The notes: generated from the sequence alone by a model not told the origin. DNA of 64,000 nt from Gammaproteobacteria bacterium (GCA_016191285.1 JACPPA010000033.1:137736-201735), one strand, 5' to 3'; positions 22,368 through 33,305 are shown, counted from the first letter of the stretch. Program-made: numbers and translations.

Positions 22368-23249
22368 TTAGTCCGCAGCTCGCGCTTGGGCTTTTACTTC
22401 TTCCGCGAAATCGACGGATTTCTTCTCGATTCCTTCGCCGACTTCATAGCGCACGAAACCGGTCGCGCGCGCCTTCCGTGCGGTCAGCAGCTTGCCTACG
22501 GTGGTATCCGGATCTTTGACAAAGGGTTGACCCAGAAGACTTATCTCGCCAACAAATTTCCGTAACTGGCCGGTGATCATCTTCTCGACGATTTCAGGCG
22601 ATTTGCCGCTGGTCGCGGCCTGGGCCACACGGATTTCACGTTCTTTAGCCAATAACTCCGCCGGTACTTCGGCGTCCGTGATACACATCGGATTACTCGC
22701 GGCGACGTGCATGGCGATTTCTTTAGCGAGTTCGGCGTCGCCACCTTCCAGCGTCACCAACACCCCAATTCGCTTACCGTGCCGGTACGTGCCGATCACG
22801 CCGCCGCCCGCTAGCCGCACATCGAAGCGTCGAATCGAAATATTCTCGCCAATCTTTAAGATCAGTTGTTGCCGCGCCGATTCAACGGATTCCTTCGTGC
22901 CGGCCAGCGGCAGCGCCAACAAGGCCTCGACATCCGCCGGTCGCGCGTCCAACACGGTTGTGGCCACCGCGAGTGCGAATTGCGTGAAATTTTCATCGTT
23001 CGCGGCGAAGTCGGTTTCGCTATTGATTTCGACCACACAGGCGAAGCCCGTGCTTTCCGCGACCACGACCGCGCCCTCGGCGGCGATGCGCCCCGCCTTC
23101 TTCGCAGCCTTCGCCGCGCCTGATTTACGCAGGTACTCCAAGGCCGCCTCGAGCTCGCCGCTGGTGGCGACCAGCGCGTTCTTGCATTCCATCATTCCGG
23201 CGCCTGAACGCTCCCGGAGTTCCTTCACTGCCGCCGCACTGATCTGCAT
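22368..23249 (-). CDS. tsf: Translation elongation factor Ts
   Basis: [30 protein letters not shown]. Confidence 0.98.
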   Translation of the reverse strand: MQISAAAVKELRERSGAGMMECKNALVATSGELEAALEYLRKSGAAKAAKKAGRIAAEGAVVVAESTGFACVVEINSETDFAANDENFTQFALAVATTVLDARPADVEALLALPLAGTKESVESARQQLILKIGENISIRRFDVRLAGGGVIGTYRHGKRIGVLVTLEGGDAELAKEIAMHVAASNPMCITDAEVPAELLAKEREIRVAQAATSGKSPEIVEKMITGQLRKFVGEISLLGQPFVKDPDTTVGKLLTARKARATGFVRYEVGEGIEKKSVDFAEEVKAQARAAD

Positions 23250-23279
23250 CACTGGTTTCCTTAATCTCGTGTCAGAGTG

Positions 23280-24185
23280 TTACTCACTCGCCGGCGCGTC
23301 GGCCGGTGCATCGTCCGTACGGGGCGTCGCCGCGCGGCGCATCGGCGCCTTCTTTCTGGCCGGCGTCTTCTTCTTCGCCCGACGGTTCGCGTCATCATTC
23401 GCGCCCGGAGCGCCGCGCTCGTCGTTGGCGGCGTGGCGCAGCATGGGCTCGCCATGTTCGTCGAGTTCGACAAAATCATCCTGACCACCCTGGTTGGCGG
23501 ACATGATCATTCGCGCATCCATTACCGCATCGGCCGCACTTCGCGCATAAAGGTTAATCGCGCTGATCGCATCGTCATTCCCCGGGATCACATAGTCGAC
23601 GTGATCCGGTTTGCAGTTGGTGTCCACCACCGCGATGACCGGAATTCTTAGTTTAGTCGCTTCGGCGATGGCGATTTTTTCGAATCCGACATCGATGATG
23701 AACAGTGCATCGGGCAGGCGTTCCATGTCTTTAATGCCCGCTAAGCTCTGATGCAGCTTGTCGTGTTCGCGTCTGAGCTGCAGCGCCTCGCGCTTGGAAA
23801 TGCGTTCGAACCCACCGCCATTCAAACGCTCGTCAAGTTCCTTCAAGCGCTTGATCGATTGTTTGACGGTTTTAAAGTTCGTGAGCATACCGCCCAACCA
23901 CCGTCGATTGACGAAGGGCATGCCACAACGCGTCGCTTCGCGCTGAACGGCTTCTTGCGCCGAGCGTTTGGTGCCGATAAATAGGATCTTGCCGCGCCGG
24001 CTTGCCATGCGGCCGATAAAGCTCATGGCATCGTTGAACAGGGGGACAGTTTTTTCGAGATTGATGATATGGATCTTGTTGCGCTCGCCGAAGATGTACG
24101 GTGCCATCTTGGGATGCCAGTAGCGGGTCTGATGCCCGAAATGCACGCCAGCCTCTAACATCTGGCGCATGCTTACGTCAGCCAT
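23280..24185 (-). CDS. rpsB: 30S ribosomal protein S2
   Basis: [32 protein letters not shown]; start set at ATG 24185 (MADVSMRQ). Confidence 0.98.
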   Translation of the reverse strand: MADVSMRQMLEAGVHFGHQTRYWHPKMAPYIFGERNKIHIINLEKTVPLFNDAMSFIGRMASRRGKILFIGTKRSAQEAVQREATRCGMPFVNRRWLGGMLTNFKTVKQSIKRLKELDERLNGGGFERISKREALQLRREHDKLHQSLAGIKDMERLPDALFIIDVGFEKIAIAEATKLRIPVIAVVDTNCKPDHVDYVIPGNDDAISAINLYARSAADAVMDARMIMSANQGGQDDFVELDEHGEPMLRHAANDERGAPGANDDANRRAKKKTPARKKAPMRRAATPRTDDAPADAPASE

Positions 24186-24196
24186 GTAATACTCCT

Positions 24197-24284
24197 GGTC
24201 GGGTTTTGCCTCCACGCGCCCCGTCCGCCAATTCGAGCCGTGGCTCGAACACCCAGGCGGCCAGTTGCGGCGCGTGTGTGGGAT
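24197..24284 (-). ncRNA. t44 / rpsB 5' leader RNA (S2 autoregulatory element)
   Basis: Minus strand CCCACACACGCGCC...GGGTG...GGCGCGTGGAGGCAAAACCCGA matches the CACACACG...CGTGGAGGC..AACCC frame of the gammaproteobacterial rpsB leader. Confidence 0.8.
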
Positions 24285-24321
24285 TAAAGTAACGATTGAG
24301 CTTGCGTTCGTTGCTCAGTGA

Positions 24322-24338
24322 GCGCGCGCTTTATAACA
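24322..24338 (-). promoter_or_regulatory. rpsB extended -10 promoter with GC-rich discriminator
   Basis: Minus strand TGtTATAAA-GCGCGCGC, like the TGnTATAAAGCGCGC rpsB promoter of E. coli. Confidence 0.7.
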
Positions 24339-24379
24339 TAGAAGCTTTGCAGCAACAACGAGTTGGGTTCATCACACTA

Positions 24380-25156
24380 ATGCCCGTTACGATAAAAAAC
24401 TCGCACGAAATCGACGCGATGCGCGTCGCCGGCCGCCTCGCCGCCGAGGTGTTGGAAATGATCGCGCCCCACATTCAACCCGGGGTCACCACTGACGATC
24501 TCGATCGCATCTGCCATGACTATATCGTCGCCCAGCAACAGGCCATCCCGGCGCCGCTTAATTATCACGGGTTCCCGAAATCGATCTGTACGTCAATCAA
24601 CCACGTGGTCTGTCATGGCATCCCGAGCGACAAACGGCTCAAGGAAGGCGATGTCGTCAATATCGATATCACCGTCATCAAAGACGGCTTCCACGGCGAT
24701 ACCAGCAAGATGTTCTATGTGGGTACGCCTTCAATTAAAGCCCAACGCTTGGTCGATACGGCCTACGCCTGTCTCAAACTGGGGATTGAAATGGTGCGCC
24801 CGGGGGCCCGGCTCGGCGATATCGGCGCGGCGATCCAGCGCTACGCCGAGGCGCGAAATTTTTCCGTCGTGCGCGAATATTGCGGTCATGGGATCGGTCG
24901 CGAGTTCCATGAAGAACCGCAGGTGCTGCATTACGGTGTGCCGGGGACGGGATTCGTGCTCGAACCCGGCATGACGTTCACTATTGAACCGATGATTAAC
25001 GCGGGCAAGCGCCACGTGCGATTACTCCCCGATGGTTGGACGGTGGTGACCAAGGATCACAGCTTGTCCGCCCAATGGGAACACACCGTGCTAGTCACGG
25101 AGCGCAGTTTTCAAGTCCTCACCGTGCGCCCCGATGAACACTTTATCGAGCCTTAA
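24380..25156 (+). CDS. map: Methionine aminopeptidase type I
   Basis: FPKSICTSIN.VVCHGIP, YCGHGIG..FHEEP, FTIEPM, SAQWEHT; start ATG 24380. Confidence 0.98.
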   Translation: MPVTIKNSHEIDAMRVAGRLAAEVLEMIAPHIQPGVTTDDLDRICHDYIVAQQQAIPAPLNYHGFPKSICTSINHVVCHGIPSDKRLKEGDVVNIDITVIKDGFHGDTSKMFYVGTPSIKAQRLVDTAYACLKLGIEMVRPGARLGDIGAAIQRYAEARNFSVVREYCGHGIGREFHEEPQVLHYGVPGTGFVLEPGMTFTIEPMINAGKRHVRLLPDGWTVVTKDHSLSAQWEHTVLVTERSFQVLTVRPDEHFIEP

Positions 25157-27845
25157 GGCAGTGCAGGAACCGGCGAGCGCCTTGGTTGCGAGCGACCAGG
25201 TTGCCATCGATAAATCAGCGTTGGCCGCCGCCCTCATACACCCGCCCGGCAGTCTGCCCGCGGCGAGCGGTGTGCGCCTAGTCATTCAGCAATTCAATGA
25301 AGCGCTGAAAGCCGCATTTTTTGCCGGCCTGGACGCGACCGCGGTCGTCGCCGCACGCGCGGTCGCGGTCGATGAGATCGTGTGTGCGGTGTGGCGGCTA
25401 TTCGCGCTCGACCGTTCGGATCACACCCTGTTGGCGGTGGGTGGTTATGGCCGCGGCGAACTTCATCCCCATTCGGACATCGATATTTGCGTATTGATCA
25501 CGGACGCGTTGACTGCGGACGAGCGGCGCCAGCTCGAGGGGTTCGTGACTTTTCTGTGGGACATCGGTCTGGAAGTGGGACACAGCGTGCGCACCCTGGA
25601 CGAGACACACGCCGCCGCGGCGACCGATATCACGATCATGACCAACTTGCTCGAGGCGCGCCTGCTTAGCGGCGCTGACGCGATATTCGCCGCCGTCAAA
25701 TCCACCATTGGCCCCGAGAAGATGTGGAATGCACAAGGGTTTTTTACCGCCAAATACATCGAGCAAGACCAGCGGCATGAGCGCTTCAACGACGCGTTTC
25801 AACAACTCGAACCGAACATCAAGGAAAGCCCCGGCGGCTTACGCGATATTCAAATTATCGCGTGGGTGACTAATCGACATTTCAACTCGACGGGGCTCGA
25901 TAGCTTGGTCGGCCACGGCTTTTTAACGACCGACGAGTTCACGGTACTTGAGCGCGGGCGCAATCATCTATGGCGGATCCGCTGCGCGCTGCATTTTCTC
26001 GCCGGACGCCGCGAAGACCGTCTGCTGTTCGATCATCAAAAGCGCGTCGCCGAACTATTTGGTTACACCGATGCCGCCCACAATCGCGCGGTCGAAAACT
26101 TCATGAAGGATTTCTATCGGACCGTCCGCGAATTGGCCCGGCTGAACGAAATTCTGCTCGGCCTATTTCAAGAGGCGATCCTGCAACATGATCGCGAAGT
26201 ACGCGCGTCACCACTCAATCGCCGCTTTCAAGTGCGCGGTAATTACATCGAGGCGACCAGCAATTCAGTATTCGCTCGTACGCCACCGGCGTTGCTCGAA
26301 ATATTTTTGTTGATGCAAAAAAACCCGACCATCAAGGGTGTGCGCGCCAGCACGATTCGCCTGATACGCGCGCATCTGCATCTAATCGACGACAAGTTTC
26401 GCCTGGATATTCGTGCGCGCAGTTTGTTCATGGAGATCATCAAGGAACCGCGCCGTATTGGCCATGAACTGCAGCGCATGCATCGGTACGGGGTACTCTC
26501 CGCGTATTTTCCGCCGTTTGCACGCGTCGAGAGTCTGATGCAGTTCGATCTTTTCCACGTGTATACGGTCGATGAACATTTGCTATTTGTGGTGCAGCAA
26601 ATGCGCCGCTTTTCTTATCCGCTGACGCTCGAAGAGCAGACGCCATTCATTCGTCAGGTCATTGAACGCATACCAAAACTCGAACTGCTGTATCTTGCGG
26701 GGCTATTTCACGACGTGGGCAAAGGCCAAGGTCGCGATCACTCGGAAGCCGGTGCTGAAGTCGCGACGGAATTTTGTCAGATCCACGGATTAAGCACCTA
26801 CGATACCAACCTCGTGACGTGGCTGGTGCGCAATCATTTAATCATGTCGAATGTGGCGCAGCGCCAGGATATTTATGATCCGGAAGTGGTCGCCGCGTTC
26901 GCGACCACGATTGGCGACCAAATCCGACTCGATTACTTGTACCTACTAACGGTCGCCGACATTCGTGGGACCAATCCGAAGTTATGGACCAGCTGGAAGG
27001 ATTCATTACTCGCCGAACTGTATCTCATCACACTACGCCGTATGCGCGGCGGCGCCGAAGCGCCGAACGACAAGGCCGAGCGGATCCTCGAAATCAAAAC
27101 CGATGCGCGTACCAACATCGAGTCCGCACGCTGCTCAGAGCATGCCGTGGCTTTGTTGTGGAGCACGCTCAGCGACGAATATTTCCTGCGCCATCGACCA
27201 ATCGAAATCGCGTGGCATACCGAAACCATTCTCGAAGCCGACGACGACGAGTTGCCACTGGTCGCGGTGCGTAATTTTGCCAGCCGAGGCAGCACCGAAA
27301 TTTTCATTTATGCCGCCGATACGGACCATCTTTTCGCAATTTCGACCGCGACCTTGGATCGTCTGCGCTTGGATGTGCAAGATGCACGCATCATCACGTC
27401 GGAGGCCGGCTACACGCTCGACACCTACAATGTGCTAGACACCGAAAGCCGCAGTCCAGTCGACGATCCGCTGCGCATTCAAGAAATTCAAACGCGGCTG
27501 CGTACCTCGCTACGCGCCAACGAAATTCCCGCCGCCCGCGCGCCCTATGCGACACACCGCCGGATGCAGCATTTCAAATTTCCGGCATCGGTTGAATTCG
27601 CCATGGATCCTGCGCACAACCGCACCGTCATGGAAGTCATCGCGACTGACCGGCCGGGATTTCTATCCGTGGTCGGGCGCGCCATGCAAAACTGTGGCGT
27701 GCGCTTGCATGACGCGCGGATCGCCACCATCGGCGAGCGCGCCGAGGATTATTTCTACGTGACCGATTTCGCCGATCAACCCGTGACCGACCCAGCCGTG
27801 CAGACCGCGCTGCGCGAGGCTATCGTCAGCGAACTCAATGCGTGA
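25134..27845 (+). CDS. glnD: [Protein-PII] uridylyltransferase
   Basis: AVGGYGRGELHPHSDID, KESPGGLRD, HD domain (H.YTVDEH, FHDVGKG), two ACT domains. Confidence 0.98.
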   Translation: MNTLSSLKAVQEPASALVASDQVAIDKSALAAALIHPPGSLPAASGVRLVIQQFNEALKAAFFAGLDATAVVAARAVAVDEIVCAVWRLFALDRSDHTLLAVGGYGRGELHPHSDIDICVLITDALTADERRQLEGFVTFLWDIGLEVGHSVRTLDETHAAAATDITIMTNLLEARLLSGADAIFAAVKSTIGPEKMWNAQGFFTAKYIEQDQRHERFNDAFQQLEPNIKESPGGLRDIQIIAWVTNRHFNSTGLDSLVGHGFLTTDEFTVLERGRNHLWRIRCALHFLAGRREDRLLFDHQKRVAELFGYTDAAHNRAVENFMKDFYRTVRELARLNEILLGLFQEAILQHDREVRASPLNRRFQVRGNYIEATSNSVFARTPPALLEIFLLMQKNPTIKGVRASTIRLIRAHLHLIDDKFRLDIRARSLFMEIIKEPRRIGHELQRMHRYGVLSAYFPPFARVESLMQFDLFHVYTVDEHLLFVVQQMRRFSYPLTLEEQTPFIRQVIERIPKLELLYLAGLFHDVGKGQGRDHSEAGAEVATEFCQIHGLSTYDTNLVTWLVRNHLIMSNVAQRQDIYDPEVVAAFATTIGDQIRLDYLYLLTVADIRGTNPKLWTSWKDSLLAELYLITLRRMRGGAEAPNDKAERILEIKTDARTNIESARCSEHAVALLWSTLSDEYFLRHRPIEIAWHTETILEADDDELPLVAVRNFASRGSTEIFIYAADTDHLFAISTATLDRLRLDVQDARIITSEAGYTLDTYNVLDTESRSPVDDPLRIQEIQTRLRTSLRANEIPAARAPYATHRRMQHFKFPASVEFAMDPAHNRTVMEVIATDRPGFLSVVGRAMQNCGVRLHDARIATIGERAEDYFYVTDFADQPVTDPAVQTALREAIVSELNA

Positions 27846-28519
27846 TCGCGCCCCCGGCCTCAGAAGTCGAACTACTCACTCGCGCCCATGCGCTCGCCGG
27901 CCTGACCCTCGACGCACTGGCCGGACAGCTGGAAGAAATACTGCCCACGGCCGGATTGCATGCCAAAGGTTGGATCGGAACCCTGCTTGAGAATGCGCTC
28001 GGCGCCGACGCCGGCGCACGACCGATGCCGGATTTCACCCAACTGGGCGTCGAACTGAAATCGATTCCGGTCGGCGCCGACGGTCAACCGCGGGAGTCGA
28101 CCTTCGTGTGTACCGCCCCAGTGATAGTGCCACCCGCGATGCAATGGGAAAATTCCACGGTGCACGACAAACTTCGACGCGTGTTGTGGATCCCAATTGA
28201 AAGCGGCGCCCAGAAATTCGGCGCGCGGCGGATTGGGTGGGGCTTTTTGTGGAGCCCTACGCCCGAACAAGACACGGTCTTGCGCTACGATTGGCAAGAA
28301 CTCATCGACCTCATCGCGCTCGGTCAGTGGACGCAAATTACCGCGCGCCTCGGTCGTTACCTCCAACTGCGACCGAAGGCGGCGCACGGGCGGACGCTGC
28401 GCGCGGCCGTGGACGACTCGGGGACCCCGAACCAAACACTACCGCGCGGTTTTTACTTGCGCGCGACCTTCACTCACGAAATCCTCGCCGCGCACTTGCG
28501 CGCGGCGCATCGACAGTGA
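27842..28519 (+). CDS. mutH: DNA mismatch repair endonuclease MutH
   Basis: KGWIG.LLE..LGA.AG....PDF..LGVELKSIP, P.ESTFVC, LQLRPKAA, LPRGFYLR. Confidence 0.92.
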   Translation: MIAPPASEVELLTRAHALAGLTLDALAGQLEEILPTAGLHAKGWIGTLLENALGADAGARPMPDFTQLGVELKSIPVGADGQPRESTFVCTAPVIVPPAMQWENSTVHDKLRRVLWIPIESGAQKFGARRIGWGFLWSPTPEQDTVLRYDWQELIDLIALGQWTQITARLGRYLQLRPKAAHGRTLRAAVDDSGTPNQTLPRGFYLRATFTHEILAAHLRAAHRQ

Positions 28520-28587
28520 ATCGTCGACGTGCTTACGGCGCAACGGTAATTTAAGATGCGTGCCCCATCGATACGATGCTTACAACG

Positions 28588-29604
28588 ATGAAGCTAGGAC
28601 TGTTGTTTACGGGTGCGTCCTCGATCACGGAAATCGTCAGTGTCGGTCGTCGCGCTGAGCTCGCGGGCTTTTCATCACTCTATATGGTAGAGGCCTATCG
28701 GAGCGCGTGGGTGCCGTTGATGGCCCTGGCGAATGCGACCTCACGGGTGCGTTTAGGCCCCTATGTGTTAAATGGCTATGCGCGTAGCCCACTCCTCGCT
28801 GGCATGGCCGCCGTCGATTTCAATGAATTCAGTGGCGGGCGCCTGCTGCTCGGCGTCGGGGGTGGAAATCGGATCATCAATGAACAGTGGCAGGGGATTC
28901 CGCATGCGCGGGTCCTCAGCAAGATGACTGAGTACGTCAGCCTATTACGGCAGATCGCGCGAACGCACCCTGGCGATCGCCTGGACTTCACGGGCAAAGT
29001 CCATCGCATGCAGTGGTCACCGGTAACGGATCCCGGACCGCGCCCATTTCCAGTTTATTTGGCCGCAATCTTTCCGAAAATGCTGAAGGTCGCAGCGCAA
29101 ATTGCTGACGGCATCGCTGGCGGCGCTACTTTGTCGGCTGACTACCTGCGTTCCGAGGCACGTCCCGCGGCGGCGCGCTACGCGGCCGAGGCCGGGCGCG
29201 TAAGCGACAATCTGCGCTGGACCGCGGTCGCTTTTACTGCAGTCGATGCTGATCGTGAGCGCGCGCGTCGGGCCGCGCGCGCCGCGCTGTGTCATCTGTT
29301 CGCACCACTACCGCATCCCTATTATGAATTCACGATGCGCGAACAAGGGTTTGGTGCGACCGTCGATACTTTAGTTGCCGCAGTGCCAAGCGGCAATATG
29401 GACGCGGCAATCGATGCGATTCCGGACGAACTCATTGATCGCTTAACAATCGCGGGGACGCCGGCGGAATGTCACGCACGGTTGCGCGCCTACGACGGAC
29501 TAGTCGATGAACTGATCTTATGCAATGTCTTGCCAGACGCCACGCCAAATCAACCCGATGCTTACGCCGCGTTCCTCGATCTTGCCCGCGAGGCGGCGGC
29601 TTAA
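28588..29604 (+). CDS. LLM (luciferase-like) flavin-dependent oxidoreductase
   Basis: AELAGFSSLYMVE, ATSRVRLG, SGGRLLLGVG, AQIADG, IAGTPAEC. Confidence 0.88.
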   Translation: MKLGLLFTGASSITEIVSVGRRAELAGFSSLYMVEAYRSAWVPLMALANATSRVRLGPYVLNGYARSPLLAGMAAVDFNEFSGGRLLLGVGGGNRIINEQWQGIPHARVLSKMTEYVSLLRQIARTHPGDRLDFTGKVHRMQWSPVTDPGPRPFPVYLAAIFPKMLKVAAQIADGIAGGATLSADYLRSEARPAAARYAAEAGRVSDNLRWTAVAFTAVDADRERARRAARAALCHLFAPLPHPYYEFTMREQGFGATVDTLVAAVPSGNMDAAIDAIPDELIDRLTIAGTPAECHARLRAYDGLVDELILCNVLPDATPNQPDAYAAFLDLAREAAA

Positions 29605-29741
29605 GCACTAATTGTTCATAAAAGTGAACACCATCGTGACTCTGCCGCAGATCACATGCGTATTCACCACATCGCTTGGAGTCGCGAGCGGCATACTCCT
29701 GAAGTCGAACAAGTTTGGCGAGAGGCTGCAATAATCGGCGG

Positions 29742-31775
29742 ATGAGACCCACCATCAAGTTTTTGTTTGCTGGCACCGTTTTTTCCAGCGCATTCCTGCT
29801 CTTTCTCGTCCAGCCGCTGATCTCAAAAAGCATTTTGCCCTGGTTCGGCGGCTCGGCCGCGGTGTGGGCGACGTGTATGGTGTTTTTTCAAGTGGTGTTG
29901 CTGGCGGGGTATGCCTATGCCGATTGGATCACGCGCCATCTTGAACCGCGCCACCAGGTGAACCTGCACGTGGCGCTGTTAGTTGTAAGCCTCGTTTTTC
30001 TGCCCATCATTCCCGATCCCAGTTGGAAACCCGTCGGCGATGAGGATCCCACGCTTAGAATTCTTGGACTGCTGGCCAGCACCATTGGCCTGCCTTATTT
30101 GCTGCTGTCGACCACCGGTCCGCTGATTCAAGCCTGGGTTTCGCGTACCTTGATCGGGACGCATGTCTATCGGTTTTTTTCGCTGTCGAATCTGGCGTCG
30201 CTGGTTGCTTTGATCTGTTATCCCTTTGCGGTTGAACCGAATGCGCCGCTATTGCTGCAAGCTCGCGGGTGGTCCGCCGTGTTCGTGCTGTTTGTGCTGC
30301 TGTGCTCGGCCTCGGCGTTTTATTTTCTCAAACACGATTCCGCGCTGCTGCCGAATCTCCAGCGGCAAAAGATAGCCCCGGAAGGCAGCCGTGATCCCGA
30401 CATCGGAGATTATTTGTGGTGGCTCGGTCTGGCGGCCATGGGCTCGTGGCTATTGCTGGCCATCACCAACCATATCACTCAGAACATCGCCGCCATCCCG
30501 CTGTTGTGGCTGTTGCCGCTGACGATTTACCTACTCACCTTCGTGCTGTGCTTCGAGAGCGATCGCTGGTATGTGCGCTCGCGATTTTTGCTGCCGACGG
30601 CGGCATTGATCGTCGCGTCTGCTTACGGACTGCAAGCGGGCGGTCTGGGCTACAACATTGCACTCGCCATTCCGCTGTATGTGCTGGGGCTGTTTTGCTG
30701 CTGCATGTTTTTCCACGGTGAGCTCGCCAGGATGCGGCCATCACCGCGCTACCTAACGCGATTTTATTTAATGCTGTCGCTGGGCGGTGCGCTGGGCGGC
30801 ATTAGCGTTGGACTAGTCGCACCGCGCGTTCTGCCGGCGTATTACGAGCTAGGCATCGGTTACGTACTGACGGCCGTACTGGCCGTGTTTCTGTTGCGCC
30901 AACGCACGCTACTTGCGGTTAGCGCGGGTGTTCTGGCAGTGGCATGCGGCTACTTTTTATTCGCGCAAATTACCGGCGACTTTCGCGATTCACGCCAGGT
31001 GCAGCGTAATTTTTACGGCACCCTGTTGAGCCTGGATGCGCATCGCAACAATCCGGCGGACGATGTGCGTCAGCTGTATCACGGCTCGGTCAAACACGGC
31101 GAACAATTCCTCGCGGCGGCCCGTCGCTTCGAACCGACCACCTACTATGGGCCAAGCGCTGGTATCGGTCTCGCTCTCGCGAATACCCGTGCCCTTGATA
31201 AGAAAGTTGGGCTGATCGGTCTCGGCGCCGGAACCCTCGCCCTGTACGGCAAACCAGGCGATCGCTACCGATTTTACGAAATCAATCCTCAGGTGATCGC
31301 GCTCGCGCAAAGTGAGTTTTCTTTCATGCGCGACAGCCATGCGCAAATTGAAATCGTGCTCGGCGACGCGCGGCTATCGCTCGAGAAAGAACCACCGCAG
31401 GACTTCGACGTGCTGGCGATCGACGCTTTTACCGGCGACTCGATTCCCGTTCACCTCATCACCCGCCAAGCCATCGACGTTTACCGGCGCCATCTCGCGT
31501 CACGAGGAATCATGGCCTTTCATGTGACCAATCGCTTCCTGCGTCTCGCGCCCATGGTGCAACGCCTCGCCGCGGATGCGGGCCTGTATTCGGTGTTGAT
31601 CCACGATGCGCCCGGTAACTCGGCGTTGCGCAACACGGATTGGGTGCTGGTTGCACAAGATAAAACGGTTTTGGCGCAGACGGCGTTCAGCAGTGCAGCG
31701 AGTCCGACGATCCTCGCGCCGGAGCACACCGCCTGGACTGACGACTTCAATAATTTATTTGATGTGCTGAAATAA
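29742..31775 (+). CDS. Fused multi-TM / spermidine-synthase-like SAM-dependent methyltransferase
   Basis: SAFLLFLVQP...GGSAAVW TM domain; C-terminal IGLGAGTL, YEINP, GDAR, IDAF, WTDDF. Confidence 0.85.
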   Translation: MRPTIKFLFAGTVFSSAFLLFLVQPLISKSILPWFGGSAAVWATCMVFFQVVLLAGYAYADWITRHLEPRHQVNLHVALLVVSLVFLPIIPDPSWKPVGDEDPTLRILGLLASTIGLPYLLLSTTGPLIQAWVSRTLIGTHVYRFFSLSNLASLVALICYPFAVEPNAPLLLQARGWSAVFVLFVLLCSASAFYFLKHDSALLPNLQRQKIAPEGSRDPDIGDYLWWLGLAAMGSWLLLAITNHITQNIAAIPLLWLLPLTIYLLTFVLCFESDRWYVRSRFLLPTAALIVASAYGLQAGGLGYNIALAIPLYVLGLFCCCMFFHGELARMRPSPRYLTRFYLMLSLGGALGGISVGLVAPRVLPAYYELGIGYVLTAVLAVFLLRQRTLLAVSAGVLAVACGYFLFAQITGDFRDSRQVQRNFYGTLLSLDAHRNNPADDVRQLYHGSVKHGEQFLAAARRFEPTTYYGPSAGIGLALANTRALDKKVGLIGLGAGTLALYGKPGDRYRFYEINPQVIALAQSEFSFMRDSHAQIEIVLGDARLSLEKEPPQDFDVLAIDAFTGDSIPVHLITRQAIDVYRRHLASRGIMAFHVTNRFLRLAPMVQRLAADAGLYSVLIHDAPGNSALRNTDWVLVAQDKTVLAQTAFSSAASPTILAPEHTAWTDDFNNLFDVLK

Positions 31776-31797
31776 AATAACGCAGCGCTGCTTAAAC

Positions 31798-33003
31798 CTA
31801 ACGATCGCCGTGCACCAGTACACCGCGCTGTTCTAATTCAGTAATCCTGGTCGTCGTATAACCGAGCAGGCTCGACAGTACCGAGGCGTTATGCTGCCCG
31901 AGCAAGGGCGCGGTGAGATCGGGAAGGTCAGGTTGCGCCGAGAACCGCAACGGGAATCCCGGAATTGAAAACGATCCTAGAATGGGATCTTCAATCGTGC
32001 GTACAGTGCCGCGGCTTCGAAAGTAGGGATGATCGATCGCTTCGGTCGGACTCAGCACCGGCGCTGAAGGCACACGATGGCGTTCAAGCAAATCAAGAAT
32101 CGAATCGTTGTCTTTGAAAGTGGTCAACCACGCTTCGATTAACGGTGTTAGTTGGCGCTGATTCTCGGCGCGCACGGTTCCCGTGGCGAACCTTGGATCC
32201 TGTTCGAGATCCGGGCGTCCCATCGCAGCACATAGTCCTTTCCACTGCAATTGCAGCGCCAGAATCACCAGATATCCCGTCGGACCTTTGAATACGCCAA
32301 ACGGTGCGACAAGTGCGTGATGCGAGCCACCACGCATGGGTATGTATTTACCCTTACTGAGCGAACTCGCCTGCACCGGGATCTCCAGCATATGGAACAT
32401 CGCATCGATCATCGCGATATCCAGCCATTGGCCGATGCCGGTCCGCTCGCGGTGAAACAAAGCATAGCCGATGGCTGAAAACGCGTGCACGCCGGAGGAC
32501 ACATCGGCGATGGCGGCGCCGACGGGTTGCGGCGGACCGTTCGGATTGCCGGTCATATGCATGATGCCGGCGAACGCTTGCGCCACCCAGTCGTAACCAG
32601 TCTTGTGCGACAGCGGGCTCTCACGACCGTAGGCCGAGATCGAGGCCATGATGAGTCGCGGATTCAGTGCTTTGAGATCGGCATACGCCAAGCCGCGTTT
32701 TTCCATGACGCCCGGGCCAAAATTCTCGACTACCACGTCGACCTTACTGACGAGCTCGCGGATGATCGCAAGGGCCTCGGACTGACGAAGATCGAGACAC
32801 AAACTCTGTTTGCCGCGATTCTGCTGCACATAATAGCCACTGCGCCCATCGATTATCATCGGCAACTGCCGCGACGGATCACCGCCGGGCGCGGTTTCAA
32901 CTTTGATAATTTCGGCGCCCATTTCGGCCATTAGACGCGTGACCGTCGGGCCGGCGAGATACTGAGTGAAGTCGAGAACGCGAATGCCTTCGAGAATTTT
33001 CAT
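31798..33003 (-). CDS. CaiB/BaiF family III CoA-transferase
   Basis: LEGIRVLDFTQYLAGP, GAEIIKVE, NRGKQS, DVVVENF, APLLGQHN. Confidence 0.93.
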   Translation of the reverse strand: MKILEGIRVLDFTQYLAGPTVTRLMAEMGAEIIKVETAPGGDPSRQLPMIIDGRSGYYVQQNRGKQSLCLDLRQSEALAIIRELVSKVDVVVENFGPGVMEKRGLAYADLKALNPRLIMASISAYGRESPLSHKTGYDWVAQAFAGIMHMTGNPNGPPQPVGAAIADVSSGVHAFSAIGYALFHRERTGIGQWLDIAMIDAMFHMLEIPVQASSLSKGKYIPMRGGSHHALVAPFGVFKGPTGYLVILALQLQWKGLCAAMGRPDLEQDPRFATGTVRAENQRQLTPLIEAWLTTFKDNDSILDLLERHRVPSAPVLSPTEAIDHPYFRSRGTVRTIEDPILGSFSIPGFPLRFSAQPDLPDLTAPLLGQHNASVLSSLLGYTTTRITELEQRGVLVHGDR

Positions 33004-33221
33004 GCTTGCCTCTGGCGCTTAGTGATTACAGACCACGTCTGACGAACAGCGTAAGCTATCGTTACGCGGGTTTGCCTGAAATCTAACGTTCGTGGCATCT
33101 CTGTCAATTGTGAGCCGCGTGATCAGTGTCTTGCAATGGACTTGCATCCGGTGCCGTGGATCACAACAATGTAGGCGCACTTCAATCCAGTGCGCCGCCC
33201 GACATCCGTTGGAGAATCGCC

Positions 33222-33272
33222 ATGGTTAAAGTCCACGGAATTCTACTCTCACCGTTCGTACGCAAGGTCCGC
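33222..33272 (+). pseudogene. 5' remnant of a glutathione S-transferase gene
   Basis: GGAGA SD, then MVKVHGILLSPFVRKVR (GST N-terminal SPF/YVRKVR motif); similarity ends abruptly. Confidence 0.6.
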
Positions 33273-33305
33273 GAGAATCAGTTGGGTGCTCGGTATACTA
33301 TTGAT

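Noticed and set aside
22573..23484. 303-aa plus-strand ORF
   Set aside because: Antisense shadow of tsf/rpsB; Ser/Ala-rich with no motifs.
33020..33100. Possible attC upstream of the MNT-HEPN pair (TCTAAC)
   Set aside because: No matching GTTRRRY box or palindromic arms at a suitable distance.
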